Positions 29,721-39,387 of a stretch of DNA of 64,000 bases are shown piece by piece (position 1 is the stretch's first letter; the number at the start of each line of letters is the position of its first letter). Origin of the DNA: a bacterium (GTDB lineage: Bacteria; UBA8248; JACPRG01; G963555815); assembly GCA_965218795.1 (NCBI GenBank), contig OZ244653.1:4512001-4576000 (forward strand). Reading direction: 5' to 3'. The notes beneath the pieces were generated by a model, which did no database searches, was not told the DNA's origin, and saw only the letters and a program-made list of their open reading frames with translations. Both the position numbers and the translations under genes were made by a program.

Positions 29721-31919
29721 TCAAGATTGAGACAAATTTCCTCGATTTGGGAATTCGATATCGAACAGATCAGGATCCTCCTTGCGTGCGACGTCCAGGC
29801 TGAGAAGCGTTCCGCAGTTGGGGCACGAAAACTCGCGGAGCTCCAGTTTTTCATGCAGGCGAATGAGCGGGCCGGCGGAGTTCGGCGGAAGAACTCCCCT
29901 CGCGGAATGATGCTTCCAGTTCTCAGACGCCGGGCCCAGGACGTGCCTGCATTTGCGGCAACGGACCGCGTTGTCTGCCCCCTGTTGAGTGAGTTCGACC
30001 GAATAGCCCAGCGGTAGAATCACCACGGCATGATCCTCCGACGGGCGATGCTTGAAACCGGCCGGCCGGTTTGTGAGCCTTTTCTGCCGGATCTTTTTGC
30101 GCTCGGCCTCTGTGGCATCGGCGTCCACCTCAAAAGTTCCGTCTTTGAGGACGACGCCGTAGAAGGTGCGGGCCGCTTCGGAAGTCACCCAGCGGCGGGC
30201 CACATCGCGCGCCACCCTCTCGGGTTCGCGATCCAGCGGATCCCCATACCCTCCACCTCCCTGCCAGGTGTACTCCAGCACGTCATCCTTGCAAAGCTGT
30301 ATTCTTCCCGGTTTGGCGCCGAGAGACTCCCATTGCGCGTCCAGCTTGCTGCTGTCCGAGGGGAATCGCCCGTCGCCGAATTGCGCCCTCACGTCCGAAT
30401 CGCGAAACACGCCGTTCACGATGCAGGACGCGGGGAAGCCGCCAAAGATGCCGGCCGAGTTGGGTACTTCGACCCCGTGAGAGACGAGAACCCCGTTCAG
30501 GCTTTCCACGTCGTGCAGAGCGAAAGCGAGGCCGCAGGCCAGGCCGCCGCGATGGTAGCCTGGGCCTCCGGAATCGGGAATCAGTCTCCGGTGCAGATAC
30601 AGGATGGGGGAGAAGTTTTCGTTGGTTTCGACGTTGGCGATGTTGGGCGTCGGGTTGTGGTAGCTCCCGGTCGCGTGCAGCCCGTCCCGGAATGAATGGG
30701 CGCCACCGCCGCCCGCCGACGCGTCGAGCAGGTAGGTGCCAAAGGGTTCCCCGTACTGATCCTTCCCCGACAGCGTGAGTACCGAGACGCCGCCGCGTGA
30801 CACCCCCTGGGCCTCCGAGCGATGTTCCCCTTTTGTTTGTACCAGCTTGGAAAGCGCCGCAATGACGACGTTCTCCACTACATGCGTCCCGGCCACCGAA
30901 GACATGCTGTTCGGCGCGGGCGGAATCGCGTTGCAGAGAGTGCCGGGGGGGGCCACGATCTCCATGGGTTTCAGCAACCCCTCGGTCCAAGGAATCTCGT
31001 AGGCCAAAATGGTGAAAGCCCCCGTCGCGACCCCTCCAATCAGTCCGGACTCCGTACAGTTGATGAAGCCGGGCGCCTGCGCGGAGGTCCCGCTGAAATC
31101 GAAGACCAGGTGGTCCTTCTTTTTTCGAACCTCGAGGGCCACCTTGTAGAGGCGGTTTTCGTGTCCGTCGTGATCGAGAAAATCGACTGCCCGGTAGATG
31201 CCGTCGGGGAGTTCCCGGAGGCGGTCTCTGAACCGCCGCTCCGAAAACCGGATCAGTTCGTCCATGACTCGGCGAACGGTTTCCGCTCCGTACCGTTGGA
31301 TGATCTCGAGAAATTGCCTCTTGGCCACGTTATTGGCGGCGATCATCGCCCGGAGGTCCAGACCCACCATGAAAGGGAGACGGGACATCGAGAGGATCAT
31401 GTTCCAAATGTCATTCCTGACCTTCCCTCCTTCGACCAACTTGACGGGGGGAATGACCATGGCCTCCTGAATTCTTTCGGTCGCCCTCGAGCACCAGCTT
31501 CCCGGGTCCATACCGCCCACATCGATCTGGTGGGCACAGGCCCCCACCCAGGCGAACAGTTCTCCGTCGACGAAGACGGGGGCTACGATGGAGACGTCCG
31601 GCGGGTGAAGGGCGCCCTTGTAGGGGTCATTGACGATGAACATGTCTCCGTCTTCGATCCCCGGATTTTCCGCACAGTCCCGCAAGGTGTACTTGATGAC
31701 TTGGGACATGGAGCCCGCGTGCAGGATGACCTGATGACTCATCTTTACGATGGATCCATCAGCCAGATACAGGCCGGTATTGAAATCGTTGGCTTCGGTC
31801 ACGATGGGGGAGCCGGAGACGGATTTTAGCGTAATGGCCTGCTCTTCCGGCACGGCCCACAGCTTGTGTTTCACGACTTCGAGGGTGACGGGATCGATTG
31901 AAGGATTGACCGTTTCCAT
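29721..31919 (-). CDS. Hydantoinase B/oxoprolinase family protein with a C-terminal acetone-carboxylase-gamma-like Zn domain
   Basis: NDPY..HPPD, AHQIDVGG, DSGGPGYHRGG, GGGGYGDP; tail has CRKC..ENWK..LREFSCPNCG. Confidence 0.88.
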   Translation of the reverse strand: METVNPSIDPVTLEVVKHKLWAVPEEQAITLKSVSGSPIVTEANDFNTGLYLADGSIVKMSHQVILHAGSMSQVIKYTLRDCAENPGIEDGDMFIVNDPYKGALHPPDVSIVAPVFVDGELFAWVGACAHQIDVGGMDPGSWCSRATERIQEAMVIPPVKLVEGGKVRNDIWNMILSMSRLPFMVGLDLRAMIAANNVAKRQFLEIIQRYGAETVRRVMDELIRFSERRFRDRLRELPDGIYRAVDFLDHDGHENRLYKVALEVRKKKDHLVFDFSGTSAQAPGFINCTESGLIGGVATGAFTILAYEIPWTEGLLKPMEIVAPPGTLCNAIPPAPNSMSSVAGTHVVENVVIAALSKLVQTKGEHRSEAQGVSRGGVSVLTLSGKDQYGEPFGTYLLDASAGGGGAHSFRDGLHATGSYHNPTPNIANVETNENFSPILYLHRRLIPDSGGPGYHRGGLACGLAFALHDVESLNGVLVSHGVEVPNSAGIFGGFPASCIVNGVFRDSDVRAQFGDGRFPSDSSKLDAQWESLGAKPGRIQLCKDDVLEYTWQGGGGYGDPLDREPERVARDVARRWVTSEAARTFYGVVLKDGTFEVDADATEAERKKIRQKRLTNRPAGFKHRPSEDHAVVILPLGYSVELTQQGADNAVRCRKCRHVLGPASENWKHHSARGVLPPNSAGPLIRLHEKLELREFSCPNCGTLLSLDVARKEDPDLFDIEFPNRGNLSQS

Positions 31920-31928
31920 GTCTTCCCC

Positions 31929-34040
31929 TCAGAGAGCCTCAATGGCGACGTTGAGGAACTGGTCCAGTGCCGCCTTTTGAGAAGGCCCAACGGCAATCGT
32001 AGTCCCCGGATACTCGATGATGGCCGGACCAGGAACCGTCCACCCGGCCCGGAGCGCTCCGCCCTCATAGATGGGCGTAGGTACGCTTCCGCCCTGTTCC
32101 GGAAAATAGACGTCGCGGGTCTCTTTCCGCGCAGCCTCCGCGTCTCCTTTCTCCATGGGGTATTCCCGGAGTTGACAGGGGTTCATCAGCCCGACCGCTT
32201 CGACCCGGAAGGTCGTGATCTCCACGCCCGCCTCCCGGAAAGCCGATCCGGGGCCGTACCGCTGCTCATATCGCGCCTCGAAGTCCGCTACGAATGAATC
32301 CACAGCCTGTTCATCCAGCTCCCCGTCCAAGATGGGGATCAGCACTTCGTTTGTCTGGCGGCGAAATCGAAAGTCAGCGCTCCGATATAACCGCATGCGA
32401 TCCGGGGGGATATCGTTGGCCTCCAGGGCTTGACGGCCCTGTTCCTCCAGCTTTTCGAAGAGCTCGTTGATCCGCCCGGGAGACAGGTGCTTGGACGCCA
32501 CATCGAAGTGAGCGGGGGTCCGCATCAAGTCTGATATTTCGAAAGTGTAATGAAGGTCTGAGGCCACCGCCCCGAAGGCGGAATGAACCGTCGCGGTCAC
32601 GGGAACCAGGATCTTCTGGACGTGGAGTTCCGCGCCGTAGGCGCTGCAATGGACGGGTCCGGCGCCTCCGTAGGCATACAGCACAAAGTCCCTTGGGTCA
32701 TGACCCTTCTCGAGGGTGAGCCGCCGGAGCAGATCGGCCATCCGGTTGTCGATGACCCTCCGGATCCCCGCCGCGGCCTCCGGCACCGAAATCCCCAGGG
32801 GTTCGGCAACGTACCTCCGGAGCGCCTCTTCCGCCTTTGGCCGGTTGAGGGGGATTCGCCCCCCCAAGAAATAGTCCGGGTTCAGAATTCCGAGAACCAG
32901 GTCGGCGTCGGTGACGGTGGGGCGCTCCCCGCCGCGACCATAGCAAACCGGACCGGGATCGGCCCCAGCGCTTTCCGGACCAACGGTCAAATGTCCCCCT
33001 TCCACGCGGGCAATGGAGCCTCCTCCGGCCCCGATCGTGTCAATGCTGATCATTGGCGTCAGGATGTGATACTTCTCGACGGTCGTGATGGTTGAGAGAA
33101 GCGGCCGCCCATCCACAACGAGACCCGCGTCGAAACTCGTCCCGCCCATATCGGTCGTGATGATGTGGGAATGGCCCAACACCTTTCCCAGGGAAAGAGA
33201 GCCGACGACGCCTCCTGTCGGCCCGGACGTGAGAAGCGTCACCGCCTTGGTGGGGGCTTCGTCCGCGGTGACGACCCCTCCGATGGAATTCATGATGAGG
33301 AAGGGTCCCTTCAGCCCCTTGTCTTGAAGCCCCGTTTGAAGCCGGCCGATATAGGTTCCGATGACGGACCGGAGATATGCGTTGATGGCCGTCGTCGCCG
33401 TCCGTTCGTACTCGCGGATGACGGGAATGACGTCGCTCGACAAGCTGATTTCGATCTCCGGGGCCTCCTGGCGGAGAATCTCCCGAACCCGGCGTTCATG
33501 GGCCGGATTCTTGAAGGACCAAAGGAGACAGACGGCCGCGGTCCGGACGCCGGCGTTCGCCATGGCACGGGCGGCATGCCGGACGTCCTCTTCCTGAAGC
33601 GGCACGATTTCCGCCCCCTTGTAATCCACGCGCTCCGTCACTTCGAAAATCAGTTCCGGTGGGATGATGGGTTCCGGGTACGCTCTCAGGCTGTAGCGGG
33701 ACATTTGCTCCTCGCGAAGCCCGGCCGTCATCCCGAGCATGCGCTGAATCAAGAGCGTATCCCGGAAACCTCGGGTTGTGATGAGGCCCGTCCTGGAGCC
33801 TTTTCGCTCGATGAAGGCGTTGGTCGCCGCGGTGGTTCCATGCCCGAAGTAAGCCGTCTCGGAAAGGAGCTCCTCCAGCGGAAGCCCCAAGTCGGACGCC
33901 CCGAGGCGGAGTCCTTCCACAACCCCCTCGCCCAGGTCTGCCGGTGTGGAGGAGGTCTTATAGGTGCGGAGATTTCCCTCATCGTCCAAGACGACCACAT
34001 CCGTGAACGTGCCGCCGATATCAACACCCACCGAGTACAA
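31929..34040 (-). CDS. Hydantoinase A/oxoprolinase ATP-binding subunit
   Basis: GVDIGGTFTD, HGTT, DMGGTSFD, GAGGGSIA, SAGADPGPVCY. Confidence 0.92.
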   Translation of the reverse strand: MYSVGVDIGGTFTDVVVLDDEGNLRTYKTSSTPADLGEGVVEGLRLGASDLGLPLEELLSETAYFGHGTTAATNAFIERKGSRTGLITTRGFRDTLLIQRMLGMTAGLREEQMSRYSLRAYPEPIIPPELIFEVTERVDYKGAEIVPLQEEDVRHAARAMANAGVRTAAVCLLWSFKNPAHERRVREILRQEAPEIEISLSSDVIPVIREYERTATTAINAYLRSVIGTYIGRLQTGLQDKGLKGPFLIMNSIGGVVTADEAPTKAVTLLTSGPTGGVVGSLSLGKVLGHSHIITTDMGGTSFDAGLVVDGRPLLSTITTVEKYHILTPMISIDTIGAGGGSIARVEGGHLTVGPESAGADPGPVCYGRGGERPTVTDADLVLGILNPDYFLGGRIPLNRPKAEEALRRYVAEPLGISVPEAAAGIRRVIDNRMADLLRRLTLEKGHDPRDFVLYAYGGAGPVHCSAYGAELHVQKILVPVTATVHSAFGAVASDLHYTFEISDLMRTPAHFDVASKHLSPGRINELFEKLEEQGRQALEANDIPPDRMRLYRSADFRFRRQTNEVLIPILDGELDEQAVDSFVADFEARYEQRYGPGSAFREAGVEITTFRVEAVGLMNPCQLREYPMEKGDAEAARKETRDVYFPEQGGSVPTPIYEGGALRAGWTVPGPAIIEYPGTTIAVGPSQKAALDQFLNVAIEAL

Positions 34041-34092
34041 GGGGAGGAACCTCCTCTACACGGATGACTTTTGCGTCATCCAGAAAACAAGA

Positions 34093-35034
34093 TCAGCGGT
34101 TGGATACATTGTAGGGGACTCCTAAAGCCGCGGGAAGCCGAGTCTTGCCAATCAACCCGACCAGGGCCACAACGGTCGCAACGTACGGTAGCATCAACAG
34201 GATTTGATAGGGAATATCCAGCCCTATGGCCTGAAGCCTCAGTTGCAGGGCCTCGGCGGCTCCGAACAGAAGGGCTGCGCCCAGTGCTCCGAACGGATTC
34301 AGACGTCCGAAAATGACCACGGCCAGGGCGATGAACCCTCGGCCCGCGATCATATTGTCGCTGAACAGATTGAGCGGACCCAGAGACAGATAGGCGCCCC
34401 CGAGACCCGCGAAGAGCCCGGCCAGGAGGACCGACAGATATCGAATCGGCGCTACCCTGATTCCCGCAATGTCGGCTGCGAGCGGGTGCTCTCCGAGGCT
34501 TCGCACCTGAAGTCCGATGGTCGTACGGAACAGGATGAACCAAAGCAGGGGCACGAGCGCGAAGGCCACATAAACCAGCGGTACCTGGTTGAAAAAGACA
34601 GGCCCAATGAACGGGAGATCCTCGAGCCAGGGGATCCCCAGGGGAAACATGCGACTCGTCTCCACTTGAGGCGGAGTCAGGCCGAAAATGATGCGATAAA
34701 AAGAGCTCGTCAACCCGACTGCGAAGATGTTGAGGGCAATCCCGCTCACGATTTGATCCACTCCGAGCGTCACGCTCAAATACGCGCTGATGAGAGCCAG
34801 AAAGAGGCCCCCCGCCATTCCGGCCAGGATTCCAGTAGAGAGACTGTCGGTTAGGTGCAATCCGAGAAACCCGCAGAAGGCCCCCATGAGCATCATCCCC
34901 TCAAGCCCGATATTGAAGACCCCGGACCGCTCGCTCACAATCTCGCCGAGAGACGCAAGCAGAAGGGGGGTCGCCATGCGAATGGTGGCGAAGAGAAAAC
35001 TGACCCAGAAGACTTCTTTGAGAAATGCTTCCAC
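34093..35034 (-). CDS. Nucleoside/simple-sugar (CUT2) ABC permease
   Basis: ERSGVFNIGLEGMML, GRGFIALA, MLPYV. Confidence 0.9.
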   Translation of the reverse strand: MEAFLKEVFWVSFLFATIRMATPLLLASLGEIVSERSGVFNIGLEGMMLMGAFCGFLGLHLTDSLSTGILAGMAGGLFLALISAYLSVTLGVDQIVSGIALNIFAVGLTSSFYRIIFGLTPPQVETSRMFPLGIPWLEDLPFIGPVFFNQVPLVYVAFALVPLLWFILFRTTIGLQVRSLGEHPLAADIAGIRVAPIRYLSVLLAGLFAGLGGAYLSLGPLNLFSDNMIAGRGFIALAVVIFGRLNPFGALGAALLFGAAEALQLRLQAIGLDIPYQILLMLPYVATVVALVGLIGKTRLPAALGVPYNVSNR

Positions 35035-35039
35035 GATGA

Positions 35040-36113
35040 CTACGTTCCCGGTGAGGGCTGGAGTCGCGGGAGCTTCCGGATCAGGAAGCTCCGACCGACG
35101 ACGAAGATGACGATCAGGCCCTCGATCACCAACACCATGGCCGCGGGCACTTTGGCCTCATACTGCATGGCGCTGCTGCCGATCTCGAGGGCGCCGAAGA
35201 GAAATGCCGCCAGGATGATCTTCATGGGATGCAGTTCGCCCAGGAGGGCCACGGCAATGGCCGTGTATCCAAATCCCGGGGAGATATGTTCCAGCATTCG
35301 TCGGTGGATCCCCGCCACCTCGTTCATCCCGGCCAGCCCGGCGAATCCGCCACCCAGGATCATTGAGCCCACAATGATTCGCTCGACCGGGATGCGACCG
35401 TATCGGGCCACCCGTTCCCCCTCGCCGACCACACGAATTTCATATCCGATGATCATCCTTCGGAGCAGCAGGTAGACGACGAGGGATGCGGCCAATGCGA
35501 CCAGGGCGCCGGCGTGAAGGCGCGTGCCCGTCAGAAGTTTCGGGAGTTGAGCGGAGGTCGCGAAGATGGGAGTCCACGGAAACGCCCCTTCGGGATCCCG
35601 CAATGGGCCGTTGACGAAAAGCCCCGCCACGTAGATGCCGATGTAATTGAACATGATAGTGGTGATGATTTCATTCGCCCCCCAGCGGGCCTTCAAAAAT
35701 CCGGCCATACCTCCCCAAACCGCCCCGCCGAGAAACCCGCCGGCAATCACGAGGAGGATCGACAAGGGGCCCAGGGTGTCTCCGATCCACAGAGCCGTAA
35801 CGGTGGCCATCAACGCCCCGATGTAGAGCTGACCCTCCGCACCGATGTTGTAGACCTTGGCCCGGAAACAGATTGCGGTCCCCAGCGCGGCGAAGAGGAG
35901 GGGACAGGTCCGGGACACGGTCTCGCTCAGGCCGTATACGCTGCCAAACGCCCCGATAACGAGAGAGCGGTAGGCGAGCAAGGGGTTGGCGCCCGTCGCC
36001 GCGATCAGAAACCCGCCCACGATCAGTGCGGCCAGGACGGCCCACAGTGGGACCAGCGCCTGAACGGCGGTCACAATCCCGTATCGCCATCGCTTCTGAG
36101 AAAGCCGGGCCAT
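35040..36113 (-). CDS. Nucleoside/simple-sugar (CUT2) ABC permease
   Basis: NIGAEGQ, NEIITTIM, GFGYTAIAVALLG. Confidence 0.9.
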   Translation of the reverse strand: MARLSQKRWRYGIVTAVQALVPLWAVLAALIVGGFLIAATGANPLLAYRSLVIGAFGSVYGLSETVSRTCPLLFAALGTAICFRAKVYNIGAEGQLYIGALMATVTALWIGDTLGPLSILLVIAGGFLGGAVWGGMAGFLKARWGANEIITTIMFNYIGIYVAGLFVNGPLRDPEGAFPWTPIFATSAQLPKLLTGTRLHAGALVALAASLVVYLLLRRMIIGYEIRVVGEGERVARYGRIPVERIIVGSMILGGGFAGLAGMNEVAGIHRRMLEHISPGFGYTAIAVALLGELHPMKIILAAFLFGALEIGSSAMQYEAKVPAAMVLVIEGLIVIFVVGRSFLIRKLPRLQPSPGT

Positions 36114-37666
36114 CAGGGTTCCCCGGACCTCTCCGAGTGGGCTGCACGGGAGGATGCCGTCCGCATACCCGCCATCATCAAACCAATCCCATCGAGATGT
36201 TCCTCCGGGCGGGTGACTACATCCATCAACTCCCCTTCGTACAGGACGCCGACCCGGTCGCTCAGGGCGAGGACCTCGGAGAGATCCGTCGAGATCAGGA
36301 GAATCCCGGTGCCCCGTTCCCGCTCCTCGAGCAGGCGGCGATGGACGAACTCGGTGGCCGCGATATCAAGGCCCCGCGTCGGTTGGACGGCGACGATGAA
36401 ATCCGGCCCGGCGTGCAACTCACGGGCGAGAATCATCTTTTGTTGATTTCCCCCGGAGAGAAAACGAATCGGGACTTCCGTGTTCACGGTGGCCACATCG
36501 AACTCGTCAACGAGACGTTCGGCGTGGGGTCGGACCTCTCGGCTGAGAAATCCCCTTCGATTGAAAGGAGGGGACCGATGAAAGCCGAGAATGGAGTTCT
36601 CGGCGACGGAAAGCCCTTTGGCGAGTCCCTGCTCCAAGCGGTCCTCGGGGATGTGGGCCAGGCCGCGATCGGATCGGTCCCGGCCTTTTCGCTCCATGAT
36701 GTTTTCTCCGGCAAGGGAAATTCGTCCTCCGGCCGTCGGGCGCAAGCCCGTAATGACCTCCGCCAGTTCGGTTTGGCCGTTCCCCGCAACGCCCGCGATG
36801 CCGAAGATTTCTCCCGAATGCACGGAAAACGAGACCCGGTCCAGGGCCGGTGTCCCCCGGTCGCTCACGACTTCCAGTTCGTCCACTCGCAGGAGCGGAT
36901 CTCCGGGGTCTCTCGAAGACTTCCGGACCGTCAGCGAGACTTCCCGGCCGACCATCATTTGCGCCAGCGCCTCTCTCGTGGTCTCGCTCGTTTGGACTGT
37001 CCGGATCACCTTCCCGTCCCGAAGGACGGTGATTCGATCGCTGATGTCCATGACCTCGTCCAGCTTATGGCTGATGAAAATGACCGAAAGCCCCCTGTCC
37101 TTGAGCGCGCGCAGTACGCCGAACAGCTCGGTGACCTCCTGAGGGGTGAGAACCGAAGTGGGTTCGTCCAGAATCAGGATACGGGGCTCCCGGTTCAGAG
37201 CCTTGATGATTTCCACCCGTTGCTGCGCCCCGACGGATAACGCTGCGACCGTCGCATGCGGGTCAACCAAAAGGCCGTATTCGCGGGAGAGTGCGGCCAG
37301 CCGTGACTTGACGGCCTTGGCGTCCAGCAGGAGTCCCCGTGACGATCGGACGCCCAACATGATGTTCTCGGCGACGGTGAAGGACTGGATGAGCATGAAG
37401 TGCTGATGGACCATGCCGATCCCGCGGGCCGCGGCATCGTGAGGAGATCGGAACGAGACCGGCTCTCCCTGAAGGGAAATGGTCCCCTCGTCCGGCGGGA
37501 GGAGTCCATACAGAACGCCCATCAGCGTCGTCTTGCCGGCGCCGTTTTCTCCCAGGAGGGCGTGAACTTCTCCGGTGTTCAGGTCAAAGTCCACATGATC
37601 GTTGGCCACCACCCGGCCAAATCGCTTCGTGATTCCCTCAAGACGTACCAGTGGCGTCACGCCCAT
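36113..37666 (-). CDS. CUT2 ABC ATP-binding protein (two fused NBDs)
   Basis: GENGAGKT, LDEPT, LSGGNQQK, PTRGLD. Confidence 0.93.
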   Translation of the reverse strand: MGVTPLVRLEGITKRFGRVVANDHVDFDLNTGEVHALLGENGAGKTTLMGVLYGLLPPDEGTISLQGEPVSFRSPHDAAARGIGMVHQHFMLIQSFTVAENIMLGVRSSRGLLLDAKAVKSRLAALSREYGLLVDPHATVAALSVGAQQRVEIIKALNREPRILILDEPTSVLTPQEVTELFGVLRALKDRGLSVIFISHKLDEVMDISDRITVLRDGKVIRTVQTSETTREALAQMMVGREVSLTVRKSSRDPGDPLLRVDELEVVSDRGTPALDRVSFSVHSGEIFGIAGVAGNGQTELAEVITGLRPTAGGRISLAGENIMERKGRDRSDRGLAHIPEDRLEQGLAKGLSVAENSILGFHRSPPFNRRGFLSREVRPHAERLVDEFDVATVNTEVPIRFLSGGNQQKMILARELHAGPDFIVAVQPTRGLDIAATEFVHRRLLEERERGTGILLISTDLSEVLALSDRVGVLYEGELMDVVTRPEEHLDGIGLMMAGMRTASSRAAHSERSGEP

Positions 37667-37731
37667 CCGTCTCCGCGACTGAGTTTCCGCCAGGGCAGGG
37701 GGCTTTCTAGGGTCTGCCGATTCGAGAGGAT

Positions 37732-38742
37732 TTATTTCGGCGGCTTCTGGTCGAACTTCACCTTGATCTTTCCGCTCAAAATGTCCTGTTTCGCCTTGGC
37801 GAGCCTGCTCTTGATTTCAGCGGAAACCTTGTTTTCATACGCATGGAACGGCGCCAACTCGGCCCCGCCTTCTTTCAGGCTGACTTTGTAGATGAGCTTT
37901 CCGTAAGTGCCTTTCCGCGCATCTTTGATGAATCGCTCGATGATGGGCTCCATCCGCCAGACCACGCTCGTGATGACCACGCCCGGGGCGATTTTGTTTT
38001 TGTCCCGATGAATGCCGACGACGGGAATGTTCCTCTCCTTGCAGGCCTGAATCGTCCCAAGGCCCGTTCCATTTCCGAGGGAAAAGACGACGTCCACGCC
38101 GTTGTCGATCATGGCGAGGGTGGCCTCTTTGGCCTTGACCGGGGCTTCGAAGGATCCAACCCAAGTGACGATGAACCGGGCACTGGGATTGGCGGCCTTG
38201 ACGCCTTGTTTGAATCCGTTGATGTTCTCGTTGAAATCAGGGATCTTCAGGGCGGCCGTCACACCCACCTTATTGTTTTTTGTATAAAGTCCCGCGAGCA
38301 TCCCCGCCAGGAAGGAAGTCTCATGTGCGTCCACGTCGTACACGTTGACGTTTTCGGCATGGTCCTTGGGTCCGGCGGGGCAGCAGCGAGCGAACTTCAC
38401 CTGCGGAAAGTCCTTGGCCACCCCCATCGTGACCTTGGCGTAGGCCTGGGCGTGGGCGACAATCAGATTGAATCCTCGGGAAGCGTAACCTCGGATGACA
38501 CGTTCGGCGTCCGCTGGCGTGACGTTCTCGGAGTACTCAATCTGGAGATTGTACTTGTCCTTCAGATTGACCACGCTTTCGTACATCATCGAATTCCAGC
38601 CCTGATCGGTGATCTTCCCGAACAGGACCATTGCTACTTTGAACTTTTTTCCGGCCCCCCAGCCCTCTTTCAAGCCGGTTCCAAACAAGACCACAATTGC
38701 GGTCACAACCATGAGACAAATGATTTGGCGAACGGCTTTCAT
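37732..38742 (-). CDS. BMP/PnrA-family ABC substrate-binding protein
   Basis: Signal peptide, DQGWN, FLAGMLAG, GSFEAPVKAKE. Confidence 0.88.
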   Translation of the reverse strand: MKAVRQIICLMVVTAIVVLFGTGLKEGWGAGKKFKVAMVLFGKITDQGWNSMMYESVVNLKDKYNLQIEYSENVTPADAERVIRGYASRGFNLIVAHAQAYAKVTMGVAKDFPQVKFARCCPAGPKDHAENVNVYDVDAHETSFLAGMLAGLYTKNNKVGVTAALKIPDFNENINGFKQGVKAANPSARFIVTWVGSFEAPVKAKEATLAMIDNGVDVVFSLGNGTGLGTIQACKERNIPVVGIHRDKNKIAPGVVITSVVWRMEPIIERFIKDARKGTYGKLIYKVSLKEGGAELAPFHAYENKVSAEIKSRLAKAKQDILSGKIKVKFDQKPPK

Positions 38743-39031
38743 CTTTGCGCCTCCCTCTTGGGTGTGGGGCTAACGGATTGCCTTGGGAACACCCTGATTT
38801 TCGCCTTGAAGTCTCGGAAATCAGGGAAATGCAGGGGAAAGGTTCCCCGACTATCATGGTCCGGCTTTTCTCCCCCGATTTCATGAGTTCAGGGGAGAGA
38901 GGTCGTCGATCGGATTTTTACCAATGATGATTCGGATAGCATTTTTCAATTCCGCTTGTCAACAATAAAACAAGGTGTCCGTGGAGAGGCTTAGCTCCCA
39001 TCATTCAACGCATTCTATTAGACGGACAAGC

Positions 39032-39303
39032 ATGTCTGGGCCGCTCAGAGTTGAATTTCCCGGTGCGCCGGGCCCATCATGAACTCGATGACATTGATAT
39101 CAGGCACAAGACGCCCACATAATCCCCCGGTCTCCGCCTTCATCCTTCCAATGCTCCTTCAAGCCCTTCAACAAAACCTCACTCCCCAAGGGCCTGCCGA
39201 TCTTCTCATGATGCCGTATCCGCTCAATCTCCTCCTTATCCCCATTATCGAGATCACTTTTGTTGAGGAACAAGTTCGGACAGGCCCTGAGACCTGCCGC
39301 CAT
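39032..39303. mobile_element. Remnants of REP-associated tyrosine (Y1/RAYT-like) transposase genes
   Basis: + strand 39032 MSGPLRVEFPGA (compare MARPLRIEFPGA); - strand IRHHEKIGRPLGSE (compare the C-terminal ir..t.tGRPlGse); no HUH core remains. Confidence 0.5.
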
Positions 39304-39387
39304 ATCGATTCCATACGGCTATAATGCATAGTGGCTTGAAGTATCCTGATTCGCTCATCACGGATGATTCGTCAGAGGGAGAGAAAT

